From contig NZ_JBOFBI010000170.1 in assembly GCF_051645465.1 (NCBI RefSeq), positions 187 to 64,186 on the forward strand: 64,000 nt of DNA, read 5' to 3'. Made by a program: the position numbers and the translations under genes. Below are positions 48,441-57,582 of the stretch, one piece after another. Each line of letters starts with the position of its first letter. The first letter of the stretch is position 1. This DNA comes from Tabrizicola sp. GTDB lineage: Bacteria > Pseudomonadota > Alphaproteobacteria > Rhodobacterales > Rhodobacteraceae. The notes under the pieces were generated by a model, which worked only from the letters and a program-made list of their open reading frames with translations, did no database searches and was not told the DNA's origin.

Positions 48441-50444
48441 GTGGGCGACGTGGCATCGCTTCTCGAGCGGATTTTTCGCGCAATTCTTATGATATTTGTC
48501 GTCAGCACTGTTGTGGTGACGTCACCCCTTCAAGCCGCACCCTTCGCGGCCATCGTGATGGACGGACGAACGGGCGAGGTTCTTTACGAAAAGAACGCCA
48601 ATACCCGGCTTCATCCCGCGTCCCTCACGAAGATGATGACGCTTTACATCGCCTTTCAGGAGATCGAGGCGGGGAACATCACGCTCGACACCAAGGTGAC
48701 GGTGTCGAAATACGCCGCCTCGCAGCCGCCCTCGCGGCTTGGCCTGAAACCGGGCCAGAAGATCGCGCTCCGCTATCTGATCCGTGCAGCGGCCATCAAA
48801 TCGGCAAACGACGCGGCCTCAGCCATCGGTGATGCCATCAGCGGCGACGCCGCGGCCTTTGCCAAGCGGATGACGAAGACCGCGCGCTCGCTGGGGATGC
48901 ACGACACCACCTTCAAGAACGCGAACGGCCTGACCGCGGATGGGCATCTCTCGACGGCCCACGACATGAACATCCTCGGCCGCCACCTCTTCTATGACTT
49001 CCCGCAGTACTACCACATCTTCTCGCGCCGCACGGCCGATGCCGGAATCGCGACCGTGACGAACACCAACTCGCGGTTTCTGGACGCCTACGAAGGCGCT
49101 GACGGGATCAAGACCGGCTACACCGGAGCTGCCGGCTTCAACCTGACAGCCTCTGCGCATCGCGGCAAGAAGCACATCATCGCAACCGTCTTTGGCGGCA
49201 CGTCGACCGCAAACCGCAACGCGCGGATGGCCGAGCTGATGGACATCGGCTTTGGCAAGGCACGGAACAACGTGACCGAACAGCCACCAGAGGCCGCACC
49301 TGTGGACGATGCGCTGATAGCCTCGGTCGAAAACGGAATTGACGAGATCGATGCCGAGGGTGGCGCGGGCAAGATCGTCCGGGTGTCAGGCGCCGTGAAA
49401 ACGTCTCCAAGGCCCAAGGCACGACCCGATCAAGCTACAGTTCCCGACGAAGTGGCGATTGCCATGGCCGAAGGCATCGAAGGCGCGCTTGCAGAGGCCA
49501 CCGCAGAACCTGCACCCGAAGGAACACTGGAATTCCAGGCCGAGGCGATGGCTGCAGGCGAAGCTCCGGTCGAGACGCCACTCCCTGAAGCGACGGTCGA
49601 CGAAGAAATCGCCGCCGCCGAAGCGCCCGAAGCGGTGGTCGAGGAAGAGGTAGCCCTCGCGGCTGCCGCGACCCCCGAAGCGGCGCCCGGAACACTCGAC
49701 GCGCAGGCCGCGGCTCTCGCAACCGGTGCAGCACCCGCCGAAACCGAAATTGCAGCTTTGCCGCCTGAAGAGGCCCCCGCGCCCGAGATTGACCCTGCCC
49801 TGGCCGACATGAAGCCCAAGGCCCGGCCCGAAGCGCTTCCGGAAACCGTTGTTGCCGCAGCCGAAGCCCCGGCCGAAGTCCCGGTGGAAACGGCAGCGGC
49901 GCCCGCTGTAGAGGAACAGGCGGTCGAAGAAGTCGTGGTGGCAGAGGCCGCGCCGGAGCCCGAGCTGGTGGTCACGGACCCCGGTACCGAAGTGGCCGAG
50001 GCCGATCAGCCCGTCGCCCTTCTAGCCGACGTCACCGAAGTTGAAACTGTCGCGGGCGCCGCGACCGTCGCTCCACCAGAGGTCGAGCTGGCCGCAGCTG
50101 CGGTCGAGACCCCGAAGCGCCAAGCTCCGATTTTCGACGCGGTCGAGGCCGTCGAGGTCCCTGTCGAGGAAGCCCAGGAAGAAGTGGTCGTCGTGATGTC
50201 CACCTCGGGCGGACGGCACTTCGGGGTGAACGTCGGCGAATACCCTTCGCGCTATGAGGCGGAACGGGCGCTTCTCAAGACCGCGCTGGCCGAAAGCGCC
50301 ACGTTGAACGAAGGAAACCGCCGGACCACCCAGTCGGGCGGCGTCTGGCGCGCCAGCTTCATGGGGCTGACCGAGGAACAGGCCGAACTCGCCTGCCGCC
50401 GCCTCAGCGCCCGCGCGATCCCCTGCGAAACCGTGGGGGGCTGA
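48441..50444 (+). CDS. D-alanyl-D-alanine carboxypeptidase (S11) with a long acidic linker and a SPOR-like C-terminus
   Basis: SLTK, SAN and KTG motifs; Ala/Glu/Pro-rich linker; start codon uncertain. Confidence 0.87.
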   Translation: MGDVASLLERIFRAILMIFVVSTVVVTSPLQAAPFAAIVMDGRTGEVLYEKNANTRLHPASLTKMMTLYIAFQEIEAGNITLDTKVTVSKYAASQPPSRLGLKPGQKIALRYLIRAAAIKSANDAASAIGDAISGDAAAFAKRMTKTARSLGMHDTTFKNANGLTADGHLSTAHDMNILGRHLFYDFPQYYHIFSRRTADAGIATVTNTNSRFLDAYEGADGIKTGYTGAAGFNLTASAHRGKKHIIATVFGGTSTANRNARMAELMDIGFGKARNNVTEQPPEAAPVDDALIASVENGIDEIDAEGGAGKIVRVSGAVKTSPRPKARPDQATVPDEVAIAMAEGIEGALAEATAEPAPEGTLEFQAEAMAAGEAPVETPLPEATVDEEIAAAEAPEAVVEEEVALAAAATPEAAPGTLDAQAAALATGAAPAETEIAALPPEEAPAPEIDPALADMKPKARPEALPETVVAAAEAPAEVPVETAAAPAVEEQAVEEVVVAEAAPEPELVVTDPGTEVAEADQPVALLADVTEVETVAGAATVAPPEVELAAAAVETPKRQAPIFDAVEAVEVPVEEAQEEVVVVMSTSGGRHFGVNVGEYPSRYEAERALLKTALAESATLNEGNRRTTQSGGVWRASFMGLTEEQAELACRRLSARAIPCETVGG

Positions 50445-50447
50445 GCC

Positions 50448-51125
50448 ATGGTCGCGCTCGTCTTCCCGGCTCTGCCGACTGTCACGCTCGCCGTCACCGG
50501 CCGCCCCGAACGCTTCCCGGTCCGCCGCATCTTCTGCGTCGGCCGGAACTATGCCGAGCACGCCAAGGAAATGGGAGGCGGCGACGAGGCTGAACCGCCC
50601 TTCTTCTTCACCAAGCCGGCCGACGCAGTGGTGGAATCCGGAACCCGCATTCCCTATCCTACGGCGACGGCGAATTTGCACTATGAAGGCGAACTGGTCG
50701 TCGCGATCGGGAAAAGCGGTGCGATGGTTGCCGAGTCCGATGCCGAAGCGATGATCTGGGGCCATGCCGCCGGCAACGACCTCACCCGCCGCGACCTCCA
50801 GGCCGAGGCCAAGGCCACCCGCCGTCCGTGGGACATGGCCAAGGGTTTCGACAAATCCGCCGTCGTCGGCGCAATCCGCCCCGGCCCTCTCCCGGACGCG
50901 ACCTTGCGCTGCTCAGTGAACGGGGCGACCCGTCAAGAGGCCAGGACCTCGGACATGATCTGGACGCCCGCGTCGATCATCGCCGCCCTGTCACGGATGG
51001 TCAGCCTGTCACCCGGCGACCTGATCTTCACCGGCACGCCCGCAGGCGTTGGCCCGTTGAACCGGGGCGACACCTGCAAGGTCGAGATCGAGGGGCTGCA
51101 GTCAGCAACCGTGATGATCGCTTGA
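50448..51125 (+). CDS. Fumarylacetoacetate hydrolase family protein
   Basis: CVGRNYAEH, HYEGEL, DLTRRDLQ, KGFD and GDLIFTGTPAGVG. Confidence 0.9.
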   Translation: MVALVFPALPTVTLAVTGRPERFPVRRIFCVGRNYAEHAKEMGGGDEAEPPFFFTKPADAVVESGTRIPYPTATANLHYEGELVVAIGKSGAMVAESDAEAMIWGHAAGNDLTRRDLQAEAKATRRPWDMAKGFDKSAVVGAIRPGPLPDATLRCSVNGATRQEARTSDMIWTPASIIAALSRMVSLSPGDLIFTGTPAGVGPLNRGDTCKVEIEGLQSATVMIA

Positions 51126-51135
51126 GGCCGGGACC

Positions 51136-51184
51136 CAAGTTTCTTAAGTAAGAAACTTGTCAAATTCCTTACTTAAGGAATTTG
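51136..51184. repeat. Tandem pair of AT-rich palindromes (family C)
   Basis: CAAGTTTCTTA-AG-TAAGAAACTTG, T, CAAATTCCTTA-CT-TAAGGAATTTG; preceded by GGCCGGGACC. Confidence 0.85.
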
Positions 51185-51185
51185 G

Positions 51186-51344
51186 TCACGGCTTCGGCCG
51201 GTCGTCCCAGTCCTTCGTGAGGATCCGGTTCGCATCGCCCTCCGGGTCGTCGAACTGCCGCGTGCGCAGCGCCCAGAAGAAGGCCGCGAGGCCGATCCCG
51301 CCCAGGAACAACGACACCGGGATCAGGATCGCCAGGATTTCCAT
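51186..51344 (-). CDS. ccoS: cbb3 oxidase maturation protein (missing from the ORF track)
   Basis: Manual translation MEILAILIPVSLFLGGIGLAAFFWALRTRQFDDPEGDANRIL... Confidence 0.92.
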   Translation of the reverse strand: MEILAILIPVSLFLGGIGLAAFFWALRTRQFDDPEGDANRILTKDWDDRPKP

Positions 51345-53543
51345 CTACTTCAACCGCATCGCGTTCAAAGACACCGTAATCGACGACAGCGACATCGCCA
51401 AAGCCGCAGCCAAGGGTGTCGCCATACCCACAAGCGCCAAAGGCACGGCCACTACGTTGTAGCCCCCCGATATGAGGAAGTTCTCCACCATCCTGCGCGC
51501 CGACTGCCGCCCGATCCGGACCGCATCGGCAATCGGCGCCATGTCCTGCCCGAGAAGCACGATGTCCGACGCCACCCGCGCTGCATCCAGCGCCGTCGCG
51601 GGCGAGATCGACACATGCGCCGCCGCCAGCGCCGCCGTATCGTTCAACCCGTCGCCGACCATCAGCACCTTGCGCCCCTCGGCTGACAGCGCCGCCACCC
51701 GCGCGGCCTTGGCTTCGGGCAGAACGCCCGCCCGCCAGTCGGCGATCCCCAGCCTCTCAGCCAGTTCGCGCACCGGCGCCTCGGTGTCACCGGACAGAAG
51801 CTCCACCCGCAGCCCCGCCGCCTGCAGCGCGCGGACAGCCTCGGCCGCCCCAGGCCGGGGCCGGTCGGTAAAGACGAAGGCATGGGTGGCCCCGTTCAGG
51901 CTCAGGTAGGTCGCGGTGACTGGCAGCGCGTCAGCCCCGCACCAGTCGCCCCGGCCCAACCGCACCCGCCCGCCCCGCCACCGGCCCTCGACCCCGTGCC
52001 CCGGAACCTCGCGGATATCCTCCACCGCCACCGGAGCGATCCCCGCCGCCCGCGCACCTTCGGCCAAAGCCCGCGCCAGCGGATGCGACGACCCCGCCGC
52101 AAGTGCCGCCGCTACCGCCACCGCTTCGCGCGGTTGTTCAGCCAAAGCCACGGGTTCGGGCACCCCCAGCGTCAGCGTCCCGGTCTTGTCGAACACAACC
52201 GTGTCAACCTCCGCCAGCCGCTCCAGCGCCGTGCCGTGCTTGATAAGGAGTCCCTTCCGGAACAACCGCCCAGAGGCCGAAGTGATCACCGCCGGAACCG
52301 CCAGCCCCAGCGCACACGGGCAGGTGATGATCAGCACCGCTGCCGATATGTTGATGGCATAGCGAACGTCCCCCCCCCCGGTCGCCCACATCCAGTACCC
52401 AAAGGCGCTGAACGACAGGATGTGCACCAGCGGCGAGTACAGCTTCGCTGCCCGGTCGGCGAGGCTCGTGTACCGCGTCTTCGCCCCCTCGGCCACCGCC
52501 ACCAGGTCCGCCATCCGGTGCAGCGAGCTGTCCTTCCCCGCCGCCGTCACGCGCACTGTCAGCGGTCCGGTCAGGTTCACCTCGCCCGCGCTGACCACAG
52601 TGCCCTCAGCCGCCTGAACCGGCAGGCTTTCCCCGGTCAAAAGGCTCCGGTCCACCTCCGACGCGCCCTTGACCACCACCCCATCAACCGGCATCCGCGC
52701 GCCGGGCCGGACCAGGACCGTATCGCCCGGCGCGACGGTCGAGATCGCACGTTCGACCTCCACTCCATCCTCAAGAACAACCGCGCGGGGCACTTCCAGC
52801 GCCGCCAGCTCCTCCGCGGCGGACCGCGCAATGGCCCGCGTCCGATGATCGAGATAGCGGCCCAGAAGCAGGAAGAACGCCAGCATCACCGCCGCATCGA
52901 AATAGGCGTGTTCCCCCGACATCCAGGTCTCATAAACCGATATCGAGGACGCCAGAATCAACGCCAGCGAAATCGGCACATCCATCCCCAGCCGCCCAGC
53001 CCGCAACGACGCCCAGGCCGAGCGAAAGAACGGCTGCCCCGCGAAGATCACGGTAGGCAGGGCAATCGCCCCGGAGATCCAGTGGAACAGGTCCCGCGTC
53101 GCGTCCTCGGCCCCAGACCAGACCGCGACCGACAGAAGCATCACATTCATCATCGAGAAGAACGCCACCCCCAGCCGCATCAAAAGATCGCGCCCCTGCC
53201 GGTCCGTCTCGGTCGCCGAAAGCTGGCCCGGATCGAGCTCATGCGCCTCCCGCCCCTCGCCCGCCAGAACAGCGATCAGCCAGGCGGGCGTCACCTCCGG
53301 TGCGGCATCGACGCTTACCCGCTTCAGCGTCAGGTTCACCCGCGCTGAACGCACCCCCGGCACCGCCTGCAACGCGGCTTCAACCGCCGAGATCGTCTCC
53401 GCGCCATCAGCCCCCGGCAGCGACAACACGATCCGCCCTTCCCGCTCGGCCCGAAGCGCCGCAATCCGCTCGGCTGCGGGCACCACCGCGCAGGCCGGGC
53501 AGGCGGAAACTGGGGCTCGTCCGAAGTCCTCGGCTACGGTCAT
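51345..53543 (-). CDS. ccoI: Cu-transporting P1B ATPase for cbb3 assembly (FixI)
   Basis: TGES, CPC, DKTGT and GDGLND motifs; position in the operon. Confidence 0.93.
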   Translation of the reverse strand: MTVAEDFGRAPVSACPACAVVPAAERIAALRAEREGRIVLSLPGADGAETISAVEAALQAVPGVRSARVNLTLKRVSVDAAPEVTPAWLIAVLAGEGREAHELDPGQLSATETDRQGRDLLMRLGVAFFSMMNVMLLSVAVWSGAEDATRDLFHWISGAIALPTVIFAGQPFFRSAWASLRAGRLGMDVPISLALILASSISVYETWMSGEHAYFDAAVMLAFFLLLGRYLDHRTRAIARSAAEELAALEVPRAVVLEDGVEVERAISTVAPGDTVLVRPGARMPVDGVVVKGASEVDRSLLTGESLPVQAAEGTVVSAGEVNLTGPLTVRVTAAGKDSSLHRMADLVAVAEGAKTRYTSLADRAAKLYSPLVHILSFSAFGYWMWATGGGDVRYAINISAAVLIITCPCALGLAVPAVITSASGRLFRKGLLIKHGTALERLAEVDTVVFDKTGTLTLGVPEPVALAEQPREAVAVAAALAAGSSHPLARALAEGARAAGIAPVAVEDIREVPGHGVEGRWRGGRVRLGRGDWCGADALPVTATYLSLNGATHAFVFTDRPRPGAAEAVRALQAAGLRVELLSGDTEAPVRELAERLGIADWRAGVLPEAKAARVAALSAEGRKVLMVGDGLNDTAALAAAHVSISPATALDAARVASDIVLLGQDMAPIADAVRIGRQSARRMVENFLISGGYNVVAVPLALVGMATPLAAALAMSLSSITVSLNAMRLK

Positions 53544-53547
53544 CGCA

Positions 53548-54000
53548 TCATTCCCTTACGAAAAGCTCGGACCTTTGCTCGAAGAACGTCCCGTCAGCGG
53601 CGCGGGCAGTGGCCTTCACAATCCACTTGCCCCGCGCCAGGTCCAGGTCAGCCGCGTAGGCATCGCCGACCAGAGAGAAGACCGGCCAGAGGTCATCCCG
53701 CGCTTCCGTGGCCCGACCGACCAGCACCTGCAGGTCCTGCACCCTGACCGGCAACCCATCGCGATCAGCGAAAGCCAGCTCCAACCGCCCGTCCACATAA
53801 ACAGGCATCATCGTCCAGCCCAAAGCCTCCTGCGCGGCCTTGCGGTCATTGAACCCCTGGCTCGCGACGTAGGAGTTCCCCACCTCCAGCCCCGGAAAAG
53901 TGCTGACCGCCTTGAAGGCAAGAACGGCGTTCACCCCGATGATCACCGCAAATGCCCCGGTCGTGATCGCAAAGACATGCTTTCCCGTAAGCTCGGTCAT
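53548..54000 (-). CDS. ccoH: FixH/CcoH protein
   Basis: LTGKHV..FAVIIGVN and TFPGLEV.NSYVASQ. Confidence 0.9.
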   Translation of the reverse strand: MTELTGKHVFAITTGAFAVIIGVNAVLAFKAVSTFPGLEVGNSYVASQGFNDRKAAQEALGWTMMPVYVDGRLELAFADRDGLPVRVQDLQVLVGRATEARDDLWPVFSLVGDAYAADLDLARGKWIVKATARAADGTFFEQRSELFVRE

Positions 54001-54001
54001 C

Positions 54002-55417
54002 TCAACCCTCTTTCCCGTTGAAGATCGTATCGTGATGCACCCGGTTCGTCGTTCCCTGCTCTTCGACCCAGATCCGCACATCCGTCCGGTCACTGACCGC
54101 CGCCCGCGTTCCCGGCGCCGCTGTCAGGTAGACCCGCTGCGACATCGTCTCGTTCGCCGGCACATTCACCGTCAGCCCCTCAGCCCCCTCCAGCGACAGC
54201 ACCACGAAGGCGTCCGAGGTGACGGCGATGGTGAACTGCGCGGCCTCGCCATGCATATTGCGCAAGCGCAGATCATAGGCATTGCGGATGCTGCCATCGG
54301 ACAGCGTCACATAGGTCGGGTTCCGCACCGGGGTCACGTTCACGTCGATGGGCGAGCGCAGGAACAGCGCCACGATCAGCCCGACGCCGACCCCAGCCCA
54401 AAGCACCGTGTAAAGCACGGTCCGCAACCGGAACACATGCGCCCAGACGCTTTTCGCAGGCTTCCCCTCGCGCTCGCGAACCTCATCCGTCAAGGCGAGG
54501 TAGCCGATCAGATCGCGCGGACGACCGATCCGGTCCATCACGTCATTGCAGGCGTCGATGCAAAGCCCGCAGGTGATACACGCGAGCTGCTGGCCGTTCC
54601 TTATGTCGATCCCCATCGGGCAGACGTTGACGCAGGCCATGCAGTCGATGCAGTCGCCCGCACCCTCCGTTCCAAGCTTTCCCCGCGGCTCGCCCCGCCA
54701 CTCGCGGTAGCCGATGGTCAGCGTATCCTCGTCCATCATCGCGGCCTGGATGCGCGGCCAGGGGCAGGCATAGATGCATATCTGTTCCCGAGCGAAACCG
54801 CCGAAGAAGAAGGTGGTCAGCGTCAGGATCAGCATGGTGGTGTACGCAACCGGGTGCGCCTGACCGGTGACCAGATCGCGCAGAAGCGTCGGCGCATCGG
54901 TGAAGTAGAAAATCCAGGCCCCGCCCGTCGCAAGCCCGATCAGGAACCAGACCACCCACTTGATCGCCCGCTTGCGGATCTTCTCGCCGTTCCAGGCCTG
55001 GTGATGCAGCCTGACCCTCGCGTTCCGGTCCCCCTCGATCCAGCGCTCGACCAGGATGAAAAGGTCCGTCCACACCGTCTGCGGGCAGGCATAACCACAC
55101 CAGACCCTCCCCGCCGCCGAGGTAAACAGAAACAGCCCCAGCCCCGCCATGATCAGCAAGCCCGCCACGAAGTAGAACTCGTGCGGCCATATCTCGATCA
55201 TGAAGAAGAAGAACCGCCGATGCGCCAGATCGACCAGCACCGCCTGATCCGGCAACGAAGGCCCCCGGTCCCAACGGAGCCACGGCGTGATGTAGTAGAT
55301 GCCAAGCGTGACGCCCATTATCCACCACTTGAGCGTCCGGAAAGTCCCCTTCACCCGGCGCGGAAAGACGGGCTCGCGGGCGGCATAAAGGCTTGGCGGG
55401 GATTCGGTGTTCGACAC
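54002..55417 (-). CDS. ccoG: cbb3 accessory 4Fe-4S protein (FixG)
   Basis: GRVWCGYACPQTV, CIDCMACVNVCP and CITCGLCIDAC. Confidence 0.95.
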   Translation of the reverse strand: MSNTESPPSLYAAREPVFPRRVKGTFRTLKWWIMGVTLGIYYITPWLRWDRGPSLPDQAVLVDLAHRRFFFFMIEIWPHEFYFVAGLLIMAGLGLFLFTSAAGRVWCGYACPQTVWTDLFILVERWIEGDRNARVRLHHQAWNGEKIRKRAIKWVVWFLIGLATGGAWIFYFTDAPTLLRDLVTGQAHPVAYTTMLILTLTTFFFGGFAREQICIYACPWPRIQAAMMDEDTLTIGYREWRGEPRGKLGTEGAGDCIDCMACVNVCPMGIDIRNGQQLACITCGLCIDACNDVMDRIGRPRDLIGYLALTDEVREREGKPAKSVWAHVFRLRTVLYTVLWAGVGVGLIVALFLRSPIDVNVTPVRNPTYVTLSDGSIRNAYDLRLRNMHGEAAQFTIAVTSDAFVVLSLEGAEGLTVNVPANETMSQRVYLTAAPGTRAAVSDRTDVRIWVEEQGTTNRVHHDTIFNGKEG

Positions 55418-55479
55418 GGAGGGACTCCTGGCGGACCTGCGTCCTGTCTTTCCAATCGGGCATTCCGCCCCGAAGGGCC

Positions 55480-55493
55480 TTGACCTGTATCAA
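55480..55493. promoter_or_regulatory. FNR/FnrL box upstream of ccoG
   Basis: TTGACCTGTATCAA, one mismatch to TTGAT-N4-ATCAA. Confidence 0.8.
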
Positions 55494-55685
55494 TAGACGC
55501 CCGGAACGAAGTCGCCCGAATGCGACATGGTGGCCCGAAGCCCTTTCACATTTGCCCAAATATCCCCGCGCGGCGCGCAAACCCGAGCCGGTTGTGCGCT
55601 CTTCGCGCACAGAGGCGAGACAAAAGGCTCGCGCGTAAGCGCTCAATTTCAAAAACCGCCCCAACCTGCGACACGACCGGGGGTA

Positions 55686-55715
55686 AAGCAAAAAGGGGGC
55701 CCGAAGGCCCCCTTT
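55686..55715 (-). terminator. Rho-independent terminator after ccoP
   Basis: AAAGGGGGCC-CGAA-GGCCCCCTTT followed by a T-run on the minus strand. Confidence 0.75.
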
Positions 55716-55738
55716 CCGGGCATGGCATCGACGGTGGT

Positions 55739-56620
55739 TCACTCCCCCCCACCTCGACCATGCACATAGAAGGCGACCGCGCGGATTTCGTCCTCCGTCA
55801 GCCGCTCGTTCCAGTCAGGCATCACCCCGAAGCGGGCATAGAAGATCGACTCGGTCACCGCCTCGCGCGACCCGCCGTAAAGCCAGATCGCATCCGTCAG
55901 GTTCGGCGCGCCCTGGGCACGGTCGCCCGTACCGTCATCCATATGGCAGCCGTTGCACCCCGCTTCAGTCCAGACCGTGGCCCCGGCAGCAGCAGCCGTC
56001 GCGTCATGCTCCTGACCCGAGATCGCGAGCACATGCTCGGTCACCTGGGCGATCTGGGCCTCGTCCAGCGCCCCATCGACCCCGAACTTCGGCATCTCCG
56101 AATAACGGGCGTCCGGGTCGGTGGTGTTGCGGATGCCGTGGGTGATCGTCAGGTGGATATCCTCCATCGTCCCGCCCCAAAGCCAGTCGTCGTCCAGAAG
56201 GTTCGGATAGCCCTTGCCCTCGAACCCGGCAGCGCCCGACCCGTGACAGGTCGCGCAGTTCGTCCGGAAGACCGCCGCCCCGGCGCGCTCGGCGTAGCCA
56301 GCAAGCTCGGGGTCGGCACCGATGGCGTTCAGATCGGCCGCGATCAGCTTTTCCTTGACCGCCGCGTTCGCAGCGTCGACCGCTGCAATCTCCGCCGCCA
56401 CATCCGCACGCGTGTTTTGCCCCAGAAGACCAGGGGTCGCCCGCTCGATCAACGGCCACGCCGGATAGGCCACCGTATAGCCGATCCCCCAAACGATCGT
56501 CGCGTAGAACACCCACACCCACCACCGCGGCAAGGGGTTGTTCCACTCCTGGATCCCGTCCCACTGGTGGCCGGTCGTCTCCACCTGCGGCGGCTCTTTC
56601 TTCAATGGCTTGGCGCACAT
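55739..56620 (-). CDS. ccoP: cbb3-type cytochrome c oxidase subunit III
   Basis: [17 protein letters not shown]; two haem motifs CATCH and CNGCH. Confidence 0.96.
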   Translation of the reverse strand: MCAKPLKKEPPQVETTGHQWDGIQEWNNPLPRWWVWVFYATIVWGIGYTVAYPAWPLIERATPGLLGQNTRADVAAEIAAVDAANAAVKEKLIAADLNAIGADPELAGYAERAGAAVFRTNCATCHGSGAAGFEGKGYPNLLDDDWLWGGTMEDIHLTITHGIRNTTDPDARYSEMPKFGVDGALDEAQIAQVTEHVLAISGQEHDATAAAAGATVWTEAGCNGCHMDDGTGDRAQGAPNLTDAIWLYGGSREAVTESIFYARFGVMPDWNERLTEDEIRAVAFYVHGRGGGE

Positions 56621-56624
56621 GGCC

Positions 56625-56819
56625 TTACGCCTCCTTCTGGGCAGGGGTGACTTCCGCAGGACGGTCGTCATTGCGGAAGATCGAATTTGCGACCTCGTCA
56701 TGGGTCTTGCGACTGCCAGGCCGGAAGGCCCAGACGCAAACCCCAAGGAAGCCCAAAGTCATCGCCAGCAGGAACCAGCTGTCCGCCAGATGGCGCAGGA
56801 AGGAATAGGTTTCCATCAT
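56625..56819 (-). CDS. ccoQ: cbb3-type cytochrome c oxidase subunit IV
   Basis: [11 protein letters not shown]...WAFRPGS. Confidence 0.92.
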   Translation of the reverse strand: MMETYSFLRHLADSWFLLAMTLGFLGVCVWAFRPGSRKTHDEVANSIFRNDDRPAEVTPAQKEA

Positions 56820-56826
56820 GTCCCCC

Positions 56827-57570
56827 TTACCGGTTCGCCACAGGCGTGAAGGTCGAGAAGTCGACCATCGTGCCCAGGACCTGCATGTAGGCGATCAGCG
56901 CGTCGAGCTCGGTCGTCTCCGGTTGGCCATCGAAGTTCCGCACATTGACCGGCGTCCCGAAGGCGTCCTCGCCGTACCGCTCCTCGAGCCCCGAGCTGTC
57001 GCCCAGCGGATCGACCTGCGCTGTGAAATCGGCCAAGGCGTTCTCGACCATCTCGTCGGTATAGGGCACGCCCGTCATCCGGTGGGTCGCGACCACATCC
57101 TGGATGTACCGCCCGTCGATCACCGTATTGGCGAGGAACCCATAGGGCGGCATCACCGACTCCGGCACTACCGACTTGGCGTTCTCGAAGTGGTCCTGGT
57201 GCCACTCGTCCGAATAGCGCCCTCCCACCCGCGCCAGGTCCGGCCCGGTCCGCTTCGACCCCCAGAGGAACGGCCGGTCATACATCGACTCCGCCGCCAG
57301 CGAGTAATGCCCGTACCGCTCCACCTCGTCGCGCATCGGGCGGATCATCTGGCTGTGGCAGCCATAGCAGCCCTCGCGGATGTAGACCTGCTGGCCCGCC
57401 AGTTCCAACGGAGTGTAGGGACGCATCCCCTCGACCTTCTCGATCGTGTTCTCGAGGTAGAACAGCGGCACGATCTGCACGATCCCCCCGATGGTCACGA
57501 CCAGAAGGCTGAGGACCATCAGCAGCGTCGCGTGGGTCTCAATCGCCCTGTGCTTGTCAAGAATTCCCAT
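56827..57570 (-). CDS. ccoO: cbb3-type cytochrome c oxidase subunit II
   Basis: [14 protein letters not shown] and [15 protein letters not shown]. Confidence 0.97.
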   Translation of the reverse strand: MGILDKHRAIETHATLLMVLSLLVVTIGGIVQIVPLFYLENTIEKVEGMRPYTPLELAGQQVYIREGCYGCHSQMIRPMRDEVERYGHYSLAAESMYDRPFLWGSKRTGPDLARVGGRYSDEWHQDHFENAKSVVPESVMPPYGFLANTVIDGRYIQDVVATHRMTGVPYTDEMVENALADFTAQVDPLGDSSGLEERYGEDAFGTPVNVRNFDGQPETTELDALIAYMQVLGTMVDFSTFTPVANR

Positions 57571-57582
57571 TGTCCCGCCCCC

